A stretch of 64,000 bases of DNA from an uncultured Acidobacteriota bacterium (GCA_963741955.1 CAVUKB010000010.1:192001-256000), one strand, 5' to 3'. Shown: positions 42,103-52,920, counted from the stretch's first letter. Numbers and translations: made by a program. The notes: generated by a model not told the origin, from the sequence alone.

Positions 42103-44715
42103 CTACTCCACTTTCAGATGCCGGATCGGATCGCTCCGCACCACCAGGCGCGCGGGAATCGCGCCCGAGAGGACCGTCGCCAGGAATGTCGCCACGAGCA
42201 GGAGCGCGAGAGTGGACCACGGGGCGGCGAATTCGATCGTCCATCCGAACGACTGCCGGTTGATCACGAAGATCAGGATCCAGGAGAGTGCCCACCCCGA
42301 AGCCGCGCCGAGCACGGTCGCGGCGATTCCGATCACCGTCGCCTCCAGCGTCGACATCGCAGTCAGCTGTCCACGGGTCATTCCGGTCACCCGGAGCAGA
42401 GCGAGCTCGCGACGCCTTTCGAGCATCAACGCAGAGAGCGTGTTCACGATCCCCAGGACCGCCACGAGGATGGAGATCACCAGCAGGGCATAAGTGATCA
42501 GGAAAGTCTGATCGAAAATCCGCATCACCTCCTGCCGGATGTTCCGATTGGTGAGAACGAAGAGCCGGTATTTCGATCCCAGTCGCTTCTCGATGGCGAG
42601 TCTCGCCGCCTCGATGTCCGTTCCCTTTCGAAGGAAGATCGCAATCGTGCTGATCGAGTCGTCACCGAACATCGACACGTACAGTGCGCGGTCCATGACC
42701 ACCAGACCGCGATCGCTGGAATAGTCGCGATAGACGCCGGTGATCGGGAAGGGATGCATGCCGCTGGAGGTCGGGAGCGTCACTTCGTCTCCCACTCCCT
42801 TGTCGAACTTCAATCCGAAACTCTCGGAGACGATCACGCCCTTCTTCCGAATCGCGTCCCTCAACGCCTCCGAGGAGCTCCCGGGACTCACCATCGGGAG
42901 CTTTCCGAACCGCATCCCGACCTCGAAATCGCCGCTCCCGATCTCCACCAGGCGGTCGTGGTACACGACGTTCCGGCTGCGAAACCGGTCGTACGCCGCG
43001 ATGAAAGGTAGACCGTCCAGATCTGCCGAGATCGTCGCGGGGAAGACAGCGACCGCTTCGCTGCCGTTTCCGAGGCCGTGTGAGGGACGTAGCCAGAGGT
43101 CCGACTGGACTGTCTGTGCGACCCATGCCGCGACGGTTTCCCGGAAGCTCCCGATCATCAGAGCCACCGCGACCATCATTCCCACCGCAACTGAGAGTGC
43201 GGCGGTCGCTACCGCGGTCCGGCGAAGCGACGCGGGGATGCTCGCTGCAGCGAGGAGGCCCGGGACGGCGAAGATTCCGTGGAAGAGAGGCTTCAGGATC
43301 GCAGCCGTCCACCGCAGCACCGCGGGGGTGGCCACCGCGAGCGCACCGACGATCGCGATCACGGCCAGATACCCGCCCACCGCGACCCCGCGGATGGGCG
43401 GCACCCGGGTGAGGAGTGCCGCGGCGAGGGTCAGGCCTGCAGCGACTCCGACCAGGAGATTCTGTCGCGTTCCCGAGACCCGCTGGTAGATCCCCGGCCG
43501 GATGAGGGCATCCGGCCGCATGCGCGCGGCTTCCGCGGCCGGCTGAATCGCAGCGAAGATGGCAGTCAGCGTTCCGACGGCGAGAGCGGCCCACACCACC
43601 CCGCCGGTCAATTCGATCGTCTGCGGCGACGTGCGCACATAGAGGGAGTTGATGGTCCGGCCGATCAGGTCGAGAGTCGACCACGCCATCGCGTATCCCA
43701 GCCCGATCCCGGCTAGTGAACCGATGACCCCGAACGTGGCACCTTCGGTGAGAAATGCCGAAAACACCTGACGAGGAGACGCTCCGAGCGTCTTGAAGAT
43801 CCCGACGTCGCGCCGCCGCCGGAGAATGGAGATCAGAACGGTGTTGTAGACGAGGAAGATCCCGACCAGCAGAGCGATTCCAGCCAGGGCGAAGAGATTC
43901 ACCCGGAAGGCCTCGAGCATTTCGCCCACCCGCTGGTTCCGCCGCTGCGGGCGCTCGAAACGAGCCTGAGAGGGAATTGCAGCGAGAATCTCCTTCTGGA
44001 GAGACGGAGAGAGAGGTTCGGGAAGGAGGAGGTCGATCCGGGTGAGCTTTCCGATCATCCCGAAACTCCGCTGTGCGACGGAGATGTCGACCACGACAAT
44101 GTTTCCGTTGAACGACGTCGCCGGGCCGACCGGCTGAAGGATTCCGCGGATGACGAGCGGGCGTGGAACGCCCCCGACGTCGAGAACCAGATGGCTGCCG
44201 AGCCGGAGATCGTGCTCGTTCGCGAATCCGACCGGCACCACGGCCGATTCGCTCCGGAACAGCCCGAGGTAAGCCTGACCGCGTGAGAGCCCGCCGGTGC
44301 CGCTCCCCGGCGCGTTCCCGGTGACGATGCTCGCATAGCGGTAGTCACGGAATCGGAGATCGGAGAGGAGGTCGACGCCGAGGATGTGGACCGGGATGCC
44401 GCTGTCGGAGAGCGTGCCGTCGAGCTCGATCACCGGCGCGAAATGGCCACCGGAAGACCAGATCGGCCGAAGCCGTAGAAGGATCCGCTCGTCGAGCGGA
44501 CCGGCATCGGAAACGATCTGATAATTGGCGCGGCCGGCGATCGCGTCGACCGATTCCTCGAATGATCGGATGGCGCTCCGGTTCGCGAGCTGAATGGCGA
44601 CCAGGACTGCAACTCCGACTGCAACGCCTGCGACGGTCAGAAGTGAGCGGCCGATCTCGCGAGTGAGGGGCCGGAGGACGAGTCCCGAGAAGATGGTGCG
44701 GAAGCCGCCGCTCAC
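42103..44715 (-). CDS. FtsX/MacB-like ABC transporter permease (AttFG-like, duplicated)
   Basis: 870 aa with two periplasmic plus FtsX units; RRRDVGIFKTLG, ERRRELALLRVTG, INRQSFGWT. Confidence 0.9.
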   Translation of the reverse strand: MSGGFRTIFSGLVLRPLTREIGRSLLTVAGVAVGVAVLVAIQLANRSAIRSFEESVDAIAGRANYQIVSDAGPLDERILLRLRPIWSSGGHFAPVIELDGTLSDSGIPVHILGVDLLSDLRFRDYRYASIVTGNAPGSGTGGLSRGQAYLGLFRSESAVVPVGFANEHDLRLGSHLVLDVGGVPRPLVIRGILQPVGPATSFNGNIVVVDISVAQRSFGMIGKLTRIDLLLPEPLSPSLQKEILAAIPSQARFERPQRRNQRVGEMLEAFRVNLFALAGIALLVGIFLVYNTVLISILRRRRDVGIFKTLGASPRQVFSAFLTEGATFGVIGSLAGIGLGYAMAWSTLDLIGRTINSLYVRTSPQTIELTGGVVWAALAVGTLTAIFAAIQPAAEAARMRPDALIRPGIYQRVSGTRQNLLVGVAAGLTLAAALLTRVPPIRGVAVGGYLAVIAIVGALAVATPAVLRWTAAILKPLFHGIFAVPGLLAAASIPASLRRTAVATAALSVAVGMMVAVALMIGSFRETVAAWVAQTVQSDLWLRPSHGLGNGSEAVAVFPATISADLDGLPFIAAYDRFRSRNVVYHDRLVEIGSGDFEVGMRFGKLPMVSPGSSSEALRDAIRKKGVIVSESFGLKFDKGVGDEVTLPTSSGMHPFPITGVYRDYSSDRGLVVMDRALYVSMFGDDSISTIAIFLRKGTDIEAARLAIEKRLGSKYRLFVLTNRNIRQEVMRIFDQTFLITYALLVISILVAVLGIVNTLSALMLERRRELALLRVTGMTRGQLTAMSTLEATVIGIAATVLGAASGWALSWILIFVINRQSFGWTIEFAAPWSTLALLLVATFLATVLSGAIPARLVVRSDPIRHLKVE

Positions 44716-45404
44716 TGCCGCTCCGCTCGTGCGACGGCCCCGTCGACGACTTCGATGCTCGACCCGCCGTATGCCGCCGCCCGCTCGGAGTGTGTCGCCA
44801 TCACGATGGTCGGCGAGTAGAGCTCGTGAATCGAGCGGATCAGCTCGAGGATCGAGTCGCCGGTGGTGGTGTCGAGATTTCCGGTCGGCTCGTCCGCGAG
44901 GATCAGCTCCGGAGAATGTACGATCGCCCGGGCAATGGCCACCCGCTGCATCTCGCCGCCAGAGAGCTGGTGGGGGAGATGCCCCGTGCGGCCGCCCAGT
45001 CCGACGCGCGCGAGGACCTCTTCAGTGAGGCCCCGGACTTCGCTGCGCGGGCGGCCCAGCAGTTCGAGAGGAAACGCGACATTCTCGGCGACCGTCAGTG
45101 TGGGAAGGAGGAGAAACGACTGGAAGATGAATCCGATCGAGCGGCGGCGCAGGATGGTGAGGTCGTGTTCCGAGAGTCGGGACGTTTCGGTCGCGCCGAG
45201 GAAGACCCGGCCGGCTGAAGGACGGTCCACCGCGCCCAGCAGATTGAGGAGCGTCGATTTCCCGCTGCCGGATGGTCCTTTGAGGATCGCGAATTCTCCC
45301 TCTGCGATCTCGAGCTCGACGTCGTGGAGGGCGAGGACTGCCGCGGATTCTTCGGTTTCTTCGTACTCGTGGCTCACGCCTTCGAGCCGGATCTCCAGTC
45401 CCAT
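44712..45404 (-). CDS. ABC transporter ATP-binding protein (LolD/AttE-like)
   Basis: [35 protein letters not shown]. Confidence 0.95.
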   Translation of the reverse strand: MGLEIRLEGVSHEYEETEESAAVLALHDVELEIAEGEFAILKGPSGSGKSTLLNLLGAVDRPSAGRVFLGATETSRLSEHDLTILRRRSIGFIFQSFLLLPTLTVAENVAFPLELLGRPRSEVRGLTEEVLARVGLGGRTGHLPHQLSGGEMQRVAIARAIVHSPELILADEPTGNLDTTTGDSILELIRSIHELYSPTIVMATHSERAAAYGGSSIEVVDGAVARAERQ

Positions 45405-45696
45405 CGCGTGTAAGAGTGCCAGAGTCGGGGAGAGAAGGAAACGGGCGGAGGCCCGGCTCCCGGAGACGGCGGTCGCGGCACGCGCGCTGCAAGCAGTCCG
45501 ATGCGGTCGTTTTTCAGCCGAGTGGATCCGCCTGAGGTGCCGGAGCCGGGGAGCGAATCGGACTCCGGCGGCGAATTGGATTTCGCCGAACAGGGCCGTT
45601 CGCACTCGGGCGACATAAGTTGTAATTCACGAACTTTGGTGATGTGATAACCCCCCACCGGCGCGGAATCGCGCGGTGAGTAACATGGAGGTAGGC

Positions 45697-46032
45697 ATGG
45701 CAGAGGAGAGAGAACAGCCCACCGGCAGGACTCCGGAGTCGAGCTCGACCTCGACCGGTGCGAAAGTCAATCGCGCAAAAGAATTCGTCGAACAGAAGTA
45801 CTCCGAGGCGAGTGAGAACGTGAAAGAGAAATTCGATTCGGCATCCGAGTCGATGAAAAACCGCTACTCGGCCGTGCGTGAGAAAGTTCAGGACGTCGAT
45901 CTTCAGGGAATGAGTGAGCGTCTGCGCGCGTACGTGCAGGCCAACCCCGGAAAGGCGTTGCTCATGTCGATCGGTGTCGGGTTCGTGGTCGGCCTGATGC
46001 TGCGGCGCCGCGGCGATGAAGAGGAAGAGTAG
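45697..46032 (+). CDS. DUF883 (ElaB/YqjD-like) tail-anchored protein
   Basis: Charged helical body, YVQANPGKALLMSIGVGFVVGLMLRRR; SD GGAGGT. Confidence 0.75.
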   Translation: MAEEREQPTGRTPESSSTSTGAKVNRAKEFVEQKYSEASENVKEKFDSASESMKNRYSAVREKVQDVDLQGMSERLRAYVQANPGKALLMSIGVGFVVGLMLRRRGDEEEE

Positions 46033-46044
46033 GAGGGTTCGGCG

Positions 46045-46371
46045 TTGATTGAAGAGGAATTCGACAGTTCAGCCGAAGGCGTGGACTACGAGGACGTGGT
46101 TCGGGATCGCGCCGCTGCGATGGGCTCGGCCCTGTTCGAAGGCGGCCCTCAGGCGCTGTTCGACGAGATCGAGAATCTTCTCCCGGAAGCGTGGCGTGAA
46201 CAGGTGGTCCGATTTCCGATCGCCGCCATTCTTCTCGGAGCGGGGATCGGGTTCCTCGTCGGCTACAAGAAGGGGGATGATGCGATCGCTGCCGGATCGT
46301 CAATGGTGGCGGCGCTGGCCACCACCAGCATCAATTCGATGCTGGCCTCCAAGCTCGGGGGCCACGGGTAG
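46045..46371 (+). CDS. Hypothetical small membrane protein with a DUF883-like TM segment
   Basis: SD AGGAGG, TTG start; VVRFPIAAILLGAGIGFLVG. Confidence 0.65.
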   Translation: MIEEEFDSSAEGVDYEDVVRDRAAAMGSALFEGGPQALFDEIENLLPEAWREQVVRFPIAAILLGAGIGFLVGYKKGDDAIAAGSSMVAALATTSINSMLASKLGGHG

Positions 46372-46382
46372 ACGGAGCCGCC

Positions 46383-48992
46383 GTGGCGCTCGAGCCGTTC
46401 CTCGAGTCCGTCCGCCGGACGAGACTGTCCAACGGATTGACCCTCCTCACGCGTGAGGAGCGGGGCCGCGGCGTGGTGGCCATCAAAACCTGGGTCCGCG
46501 CGGGCTACTTCCACGAACCGGACGAGGTCGCCGGGATGGCGCACCTCTTCGAGCACATGTTCTTCAAAGGCTCGAAGCGGTTTCCCGGAGCCGACGAGAT
46601 CTCGACTCACGTCACCGGACTCGGCGGATACAGCAACGCCGGGACCATCTACGATTCGACGAACTACTACTTCGTTCTCCCTTCCGATGGGTTCGCGAAA
46701 GGGATGGAGATCCAGGCGGACGCCATCGCCAATCCCCTCTTCGACCCCGAGGAGTTGAAGCGCGAAGCGGAAGTGGTGATCGAAGAATCCAACCGGAAGT
46801 TCGACAATCCACCCGCCGTCGCCACGGAGCGGATGTTCGCCAACGCGTTCACCCGTCACCGGATGCGAAGGTGGCGCATCGGCTCCAACGACGTTCTCCG
46901 GAACATCCGCCGCGAAGACCTTCTCGCGTTCTTCCAGACCCTCTACCGACCGTCGAACATCATCGTTTCCGTTGCGGGTGACGTACCGCAACAGAAGATG
47001 ATCGAGATCGCGGAGAGCACGTTCGGGACGATCCCGGAGGGGGAGCTCCGGAAGGAGCGTGGCCCGGATGAACCTCCGCAGGAGGAGTTTCGTTTCGGTG
47101 AGTCGTTCGCCGACATCCAGCAGGGTTACTCGGTCTTCGGCTGGCACACTCCGGGCGAGAACCACGAGGACGAAGAGGCTCTCGTGATCGCAGCTTCGAT
47201 CCTCGGCGCGGGCCGCTATTCACGACTTTTCCGGAGTGCCGTCGCTCCCGACGCCGCGAGCTCGGTCAGCGCATTCAATTCGGTCTACGAAGACGTGGGG
47301 ATGTTCATCGTCCGTGGGGCATACGACCCGGCGAAGCGGGAGACGACCGAGCGTCGGATCATGGAGGGCATCGAACGATTCAAGCAGTGGGGGCCGGTCG
47401 CCTACGAGCTCGAGCTTGCGAGAAACCGCATCGAGGCGGCATTCGTCTTCGAGCTCGAAGACGTTCTGGGGCAGGCCGACACCCTCGCCTATTTCGAAGC
47501 GAGAGGCGGCTACGAGAAAATCTCTGCCCATCTCGACCGGATCGCGGCTCTCGACGCGGAACGGATACGCGAAGTCGTCAACCGCTATCTGCAGACTGAA
47601 AACCTGACCCTCTTCCGGCACCTTCCTCATGGCGTCGCGCCCTCGACGCGGGAGTCCGCGCTGGAACTGCTGCGCGGCACGGGAAGGGATGCGCTCGAAT
47701 CTCCTCCGGAGATCCCCCTGCCGGAGATCGCGGCCGGATTCAAAGGAGCCACGTCGAAAGATTCCACTCGCAGCTTCGTCCTCTCCAACGGTATGTCGCT
47801 CTACGTGCGGGAACGGATGGGAACTCCGGCAGTCTCCATGGCGATCTACTTCCGCGGAGGGAGAGTCCGGGAGAACACCTCGAACGCCGGCATCACCCAG
47901 CTGATGGCCCGCAGCATGCGCCGCGGCACCCGCGACCGGAGCGGCGAAGAGATCGATCGCGAGATCGAGCTCCTTGGCACTCAGATCGGTCTGGTGGTCG
48001 ACGAAGACTTCTTCGGATTCAAACTCGAAGTGCTGCGGAAGTTTTACGAGCCCGCGGCGGAGATCCTCGCGGATGTCGTCCTCGCGCCGGTCTTTCCGGA
48101 GGAGAAGATCGCGGAAGAGCAGCACCTGCAGATCGCGTCGATCCGCCGTGCGCTCGATTCGTCTTCCGCCCGTCCCTTCCAGCTTCTCTTCGGAGCCCTC
48201 TACGGTCCACATCCTTACGGCCTCCCCGACGGGGGATTCGTTCCGGTGATCGAATCTCTCGGACGCGACGACCTCGTCTCCTGGTACGAGGGGCACATCG
48301 TCGCGGACGGTGCGACGATCGTGGTCACCGGCGACGTCGATTCAGAAGGAGTCCGCGACTCGATGGAGCGGGTGTTCGGCCGTCTCGGAAAGAGCCGGGG
48401 CCTCCATCGCCCACTGACTCCGCCGGTCGAACCGGGCACGCGCCTCGAGACGATCGAAGTGCGCGACCGGAAGCAGACCGCAATCGCGATCGCTTTTCCC
48501 TCCGTTCCGCCGTCGCATCCCGACTGGGCCGTTCTCCGGCTGCTGCAGGACGTGGCGTCGGGAGCGGCCGGCCGACTGTACGTCGAGCTCCGAAGCAAGC
48601 GCTCGCTCGCATACTCCGTCTATGCCGGTGACTCTTCCCGCGAGCTCGCCGGTGCGTTCGTCGCCTACATCGCGACCGAAGCAGGGAAGGAAGAAGAGGC
48701 GAGAAGGAGTCTCCTCGACGAGTTGCAGAGGCTTGGAGGAGACGGTACCACCGAGGAGGGGATCACCCGGGCGAAGGCGTACCTCGCCGGCTCGACGAAG
48801 ATCCATCTGCAGACCAACGCCGCGCTGGCTGGGGAGATCGCGAGGAGCGTCCTCTACGGGCTGGGCCTCGACTTCACGGAGCGGTTTCTGGAGAGGATCC
48901 ACGCGATCTCCCTCGATGAGATCAGAGACATTGCGAAAAAGTATCTCCAAGTCGACAATTACGTTGTGGCCATAGTGAGGGGGCGAAGCTGA
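46383..48992 (+). CDS. M16 family (pitrilysin-like) zinc peptidase, two-half fusion
   Basis: GMAHLFEHMFFKG (HxxEH) in the N half; second half lacks the motif; LRSKRSLAY. Confidence 0.93.
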   Translation: MALEPFLESVRRTRLSNGLTLLTREERGRGVVAIKTWVRAGYFHEPDEVAGMAHLFEHMFFKGSKRFPGADEISTHVTGLGGYSNAGTIYDSTNYYFVLPSDGFAKGMEIQADAIANPLFDPEELKREAEVVIEESNRKFDNPPAVATERMFANAFTRHRMRRWRIGSNDVLRNIRREDLLAFFQTLYRPSNIIVSVAGDVPQQKMIEIAESTFGTIPEGELRKERGPDEPPQEEFRFGESFADIQQGYSVFGWHTPGENHEDEEALVIAASILGAGRYSRLFRSAVAPDAASSVSAFNSVYEDVGMFIVRGAYDPAKRETTERRIMEGIERFKQWGPVAYELELARNRIEAAFVFELEDVLGQADTLAYFEARGGYEKISAHLDRIAALDAERIREVVNRYLQTENLTLFRHLPHGVAPSTRESALELLRGTGRDALESPPEIPLPEIAAGFKGATSKDSTRSFVLSNGMSLYVRERMGTPAVSMAIYFRGGRVRENTSNAGITQLMARSMRRGTRDRSGEEIDREIELLGTQIGLVVDEDFFGFKLEVLRKFYEPAAEILADVVLAPVFPEEKIAEEQHLQIASIRRALDSSSARPFQLLFGALYGPHPYGLPDGGFVPVIESLGRDDLVSWYEGHIVADGATIVVTGDVDSEGVRDSMERVFGRLGKSRGLHRPLTPPVEPGTRLETIEVRDRKQTAIAIAFPSVPPSHPDWAVLRLLQDVASGAAGRLYVELRSKRSLAYSVYAGDSSRELAGAFVAYIATEAGKEEEARRSLLDELQRLGGDGTTEEGITRAKAYLAGSTKIHLQTNAALAGEIARSVLYGLGLDFTERFLERIHAISLDEIRDIAKKYLQVDNYVVAIVRGRS

Positions 48993-48993
48993 G

Positions 48994-49476
48994 GTGGACG
49001 GCTTGAGCGACGGATTCGACGAGCTTCTGGTCAGTGCGGAGTCGGGGTTCTACGATCTCGATCAGATCGCACAGGAGATTCATCGCGAGTATTTTCCCAA
49101 GTACTCCCGGCCGGAGATCCGGTGGGGAAAGCGCATCCGGCGGAAAAGGCGGAGCAGCATCCGGCTCGGCTCCTACCATCGCACGACCGAAGTGATCCGG
49201 ATCCATCCGCTCCTCGACTCGCCGGAAGTCCCGCATTTCTTCATCCAGTCGATCGTCTTCCACGAGTTTCTCCATCACGTACTCGGCGGGGCGCACAACC
49301 GCCGCTTCCACAGGCACGAGCACCGCTTCCGCTACCACCGCGAAGCACGCGAGTGGCTCAGGCACAATCTTCCCGTGCTTCTCGGGCACCGCGTCCGTCC
49401 CGCGCGTTCCACGCCGCCGCAGAGCGGGAGTCTTCCCGCGCCGGCGCCGAAGCCGCAACAGCTCTCACTCTGGTAG
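48994..49476 (+). CDS. SprT/YgjP-like zinc metallopeptidase domain protein
   Basis: RLGSY, IRIHPLLD, IVFHEFLHH, AHNRRF. Confidence 0.75.
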   Translation: MDGLSDGFDELLVSAESGFYDLDQIAQEIHREYFPKYSRPEIRWGKRIRRKRRSSIRLGSYHRTTEVIRIHPLLDSPEVPHFFIQSIVFHEFLHHVLGGAHNRRFHRHEHRFRYHREAREWLRHNLPVLLGHRVRPARSTPPQSGSLPAPAPKPQQLSLW

Positions 49477-49661
49477 CTCCGCCGCCGCCGGCCGCGACGC
49501 CGAACCGCGAACCACAGCAGCCTCGGCGAGCCCCGGGCGCTCACTGCGAGCGTGATCTCTGAGATCCGGACCTCCGCGCCGGAGCGCACCGATGATTTCC
49601 GCCCCGTGCGATGGTCTATCCTTGCGAAGAGACGAGTTCCTCAACGCGAAGGAGAATCGAG

Positions 49662-50168
49662 ATGCCGGTCAAAGCGCAGAAGATCACCCCGTTCCTCTGG
49701 TTCGACAGCAACGCTGAAGCAGCGGCGGAGTTCTACACCTCGGTGTTCCCGAATTCGAAGATCACCAGGACCACGCGGTACGAGAAGAACGGAGCCGCCG
49801 CGTCAGGAAGACCCGAAGGATCGGTGATGACCGTGGTCTTCGAGCTCGAGGGGCAGGAGTTCGTCGGGATCAACGGAGGTCCGCACTTCAGGTTCACCGA
49901 GGCCGTCTCGTTCGTCGTGAACTGCGACTCTCAGGAGGAGGTCGACTTCTATTGGGAGAAGCTCTCGGCGGGAGGCGACGAGAGCGCGCAGCAGTGCGGA
50001 TGGCTCAAGGACCGCTTCGGTCTTTCGTGGCAGGTCGTTCCGCGGAATCTCGCGCAGTACGTCGGCAATCCCGATCCGGCGAAAGCGGACCGCGCGATGA
50101 AGGCCATCCTCGGAATGAAGAAGCTCGATCTCGAGAGGCTTCGCCGCATCGCTGAAGGCGAAGAATAG
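49662..50168 (+). CDS. VOC/PhnB-like (3-demethylubiquinone-9 3-methyltransferase family) protein
   Basis: QKITPFLWF, NGGPHF, CGWLKDRFGLSWQVVP, MKKLD. Confidence 0.92.
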   Translation: MPVKAQKITPFLWFDSNAEAAAEFYTSVFPNSKITRTTRYEKNGAAASGRPEGSVMTVVFELEGQEFVGINGGPHFRFTEAVSFVVNCDSQEEVDFYWEKLSAGGDESAQQCGWLKDRFGLSWQVVPRNLAQYVGNPDPAKADRAMKAILGMKKLDLERLRRIAEGEE

Positions 50169-50207
50169 TCCTGCGTGCGATGCATCGAGCCGGTCATGCG
50201 CCGTGCG

Positions 50208-50240
50208 CGATGCTCCCCGGACTCACTCCGGGGAGCATCG
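50208..50240. terminator. Perfect 13-bp hairpin between convergent genes
   Basis: CGATGCTCCCCGG-ACTCACT-CCGGGGAGCATCG; no U tract. Confidence 0.5.
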
Positions 50241-50298
50241 GATAGGCGGAACTGGACCGTACGTGCGGCGGGTGGGGAGGCCGGCACCCACCACGCCG

Positions 50299-51693
50299 CT
50301 ACACCGATGCGCCCTGATCCACGTCCATCGGGAACGTCAGCGAGTAGATGTACCGTCCCCGCGCGACCGACAGGACGATCGACGAACGGTCCGCACCGTT
50401 GATCATTTCCGAGTTCAGATCTTTCACCGAGCCGACGTCGGCACCGTTGACTCCGACGATCAGGTCACCTGGCGCGAGCCCGATCTGATCCGCCCGCGAA
50501 CCACGATCCACCGAAGACACCACGATGTTCCCTCCGCGATCCGTAGCGCTGATACCGGTGACGTCGCGGAGGATCTGCAAGCCGAGGTTCCGCGGCGGCT
50601 CCACCGGGGTGAGGGAGATGGTCTGCTTCCCTCCTCCGCGGACCACGGTCAGAGGAATGGGTGAGTCCGCGGAAACCGTCGCCGTGTACGTGTTGAACCC
50701 TTCGCGCGAATCGACCGCGTGGCCGTCGACCGAGGTGATGATGTCGCCGCGCCGGAGCCCGGCCCGCTCCGCGGGGGAGCCGGAGAAGACGTGAGCGACG
50801 AGCGCTCCCTGTGCGACGCCGAGTCCCATCCGCTTTGCTTCTTCGCGCGTCACGGTCGTCGTCGCTACGCCGATCCACGCCGAGTGGAACGAGCCGTAAC
50901 GAAGCAGATCTCCGATCACCTTCTTCGCCCGGTCGACCGGAATCGCGAACCCGATATTCTGCGCCTGCGCGTAGATCGCCACGTTGATGCCGATCACCCG
51001 TCCCTCGATGTTGAGGAGCGGTCCACCCGAGTTCCCTGGATTGATCGATGCGTCGGTCTGAATGAAGTCGGTGAATGTCCGTCCGGCATTCTTCTCCGGA
51101 ACCGAGCGCCCGAGCGCGGAGACCACGCCCGTAGTCACCGAGCCGCTCAGTCCGAATGGATTTCCCACCGCGATCACCGTCTCCCCGATCAGGAGATCAG
51201 ACGAGGTCCCGATCGGGGCGGCAGGGAGTCCTGTAGCCTTGACCCTCAGCACGGCGAGGTCGCTGTCGGGATCGACGCCGATCACCGTGGCCGGAAACTG
51301 TCTCCCGTCCTGAAGGTTGACCGAAATTCTCGAAGCACCCTCTATGACGTGGTTGTTGGTCACGATGATCCCGTCGCTCTGCCAGACGAATCCCGATCCG
51401 ATCGATTCGGTCTGCACCGCGCGGTCCGGCTGAAAGAATCCGAAGAACGGGTCCATGGTCCGCTGGCGGATCACCGCCTCGGCCTGAATGTTCACCACCG
51501 AGGGGAGGATGTTGTGGGCGGCGACGACCACCGGGGTGATCCTCTTCGCGCTCACCGACTTCGGGATCGCTGGCGGCTTGGCCTGCGCCACCGGTGGCGC
51601 CTGGGCCTCAGCCGTCTCTGCATTCTGACGGCACGCCGGAAGAATGGTCAGAAGAACGAAGAGGAACGTGACGAGGCTGTTGAGCTTCTTCAT
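50299..51693 (-). CDS. HtrA/DegP-family serine protease with two PDZ domains, probable lipoprotein
   Basis: LPA-C lipobox; TNNHV, DLAVL, INPGNSGGPL. Confidence 0.93.
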   Translation of the reverse strand: MKKLNSLVTFLFVLLTILPACRQNAETAEAQAPPVAQAKPPAIPKSVSAKRITPVVVAAHNILPSVVNIQAEAVIRQRTMDPFFGFFQPDRAVQTESIGSGFVWQSDGIIVTNNHVIEGASRISVNLQDGRQFPATVIGVDPDSDLAVLRVKATGLPAAPIGTSSDLLIGETVIAVGNPFGLSGSVTTGVVSALGRSVPEKNAGRTFTDFIQTDASINPGNSGGPLLNIEGRVIGINVAIYAQAQNIGFAIPVDRAKKVIGDLLRYGSFHSAWIGVATTTVTREEAKRMGLGVAQGALVAHVFSGSPAERAGLRRGDIITSVDGHAVDSREGFNTYTATVSADSPIPLTVVRGGGKQTISLTPVEPPRNLGLQILRDVTGISATDRGGNIVVSSVDRGSRADQIGLAPGDLIVGVNGADVGSVKDLNSEMINGADRSSIVLSVARGRYIYSLTFPMDVDQGASV

Positions 51694-51791
51694 GGCGGCC
51701 TATTCTATCGCTCCCGATGGCTCGATTCAGACCACCTGTTTTGGGTGCCGGGAGTGGCAGATCAAGGATGAGCCGGGTAGACTTTCCCTCC

Positions 51792-52670
51792 ATGCGGCTG
51801 AAGATGATCGTCAACCCCACGGCTGGGCGTGGCCGTGCCCACTCCCACATGCACCAGGCACTCCGGATGCTGCTCGACCGCGGTGCGGAAGTTGACGTGG
51901 CCGAGAGCCGGAACCGCGAAGAGCTGATCCGATTCGGCGCTGAGGCGTCCAGCGACGGCCACGATCGGGTGGTGATCTGTGGCGGCGACGGGACGATTCA
52001 CCTGGCCATCCGCGAGATGGACCTCGCAGCGACGGATGTCGCGATCATCCCGCTGGGGTCAGGGGACGATTTCTCGAAGCGTTCCGGTGTCCCGATGAAG
52101 CTGGAGGAAGCATGTGACGCCGTCGTCCACGGCGAGGTCCACGAGATCGACGTCGCGCTCGCGAACGGGATCCGCTATCTCGGCGTCGCCGGGTTCGGAT
52201 TCGACTCGGAGGTCACCCGTTTCGCGAACGAGGAAGTGAAGTGGCTGCGCGGGCCGTTGATCTATCTCTGGTCGATCCTGAACGTTCTCCCGCGCTTTCG
52301 CCCGCACCGGCTCCTCTATTCCGCGGACGGCGAGCAGAGAGACGAAGAGATCATGTTCACGGTCGTCAGCAATTCGGGGAGCTACGGCGGCGGGATCCGC
52401 ATTGCGCCGCTGTCGAAACTCGATGATCACCTCCTCGATCTCTGCGTGGTGCGGCGCTGCACGAAATGGGATCTGATCCGGACCCTCCCTCTGGCCTACA
52501 CCGGAGGACACGTCCGTCGGCCGTTCGTCCGGATGGAGAGCGGGACCGATTTTCGGTTCGACACGGACGAACCGATGGCGGTGTACGCGGACGGAGAGCC
52601 GGTGGGTACGACGCCGTTACACGTGACGCTCGCCCCCGAGAGACTGAGGCTGGTCCTTCCGAAGAGGTGA
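51792..52670 (+). CDS. Diacylglycerol kinase family (YegS/BmrU-like) lipid kinase
   Basis: IVNPTAG, GGDGT, IPLGSGDDF, YGGG, DGE. Confidence 0.92.
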   Translation: MRLKMIVNPTAGRGRAHSHMHQALRMLLDRGAEVDVAESRNREELIRFGAEASSDGHDRVVICGGDGTIHLAIREMDLAATDVAIIPLGSGDDFSKRSGVPMKLEEACDAVVHGEVHEIDVALANGIRYLGVAGFGFDSEVTRFANEEVKWLRGPLIYLWSILNVLPRFRPHRLLYSADGEQRDEEIMFTVVSNSGSYGGGIRIAPLSKLDDHLLDLCVVRRCTKWDLIRTLPLAYTGGHVRRPFVRMESGTDFRFDTDEPMAVYADGEPVGTTPLHVTLAPERLRLVLPKR

Positions 52671-52920
52671 GCGGAACAGATCCGTTTTGGCGCACTGGTC
52701 ACCGCGAGTCGGACCTCAGCCCCCGCTGGCAGGCCCAGGTTCGGAGAAAAGCCCCCCCAACCAGGTGCGATCCCCGATATGGGGCGGCCGGTGGGGGCGA
52801 AAGTTGCAATTCCGTCAATTCGGCCCCATCCATGGCCTCACGGGGAATCGCAGCGTCGATCCACCGATTCTGAGTCAGCGTCATCGACGGTTCAGGCCGA
52901 CTCGACTAAGGAGCAAGTGC

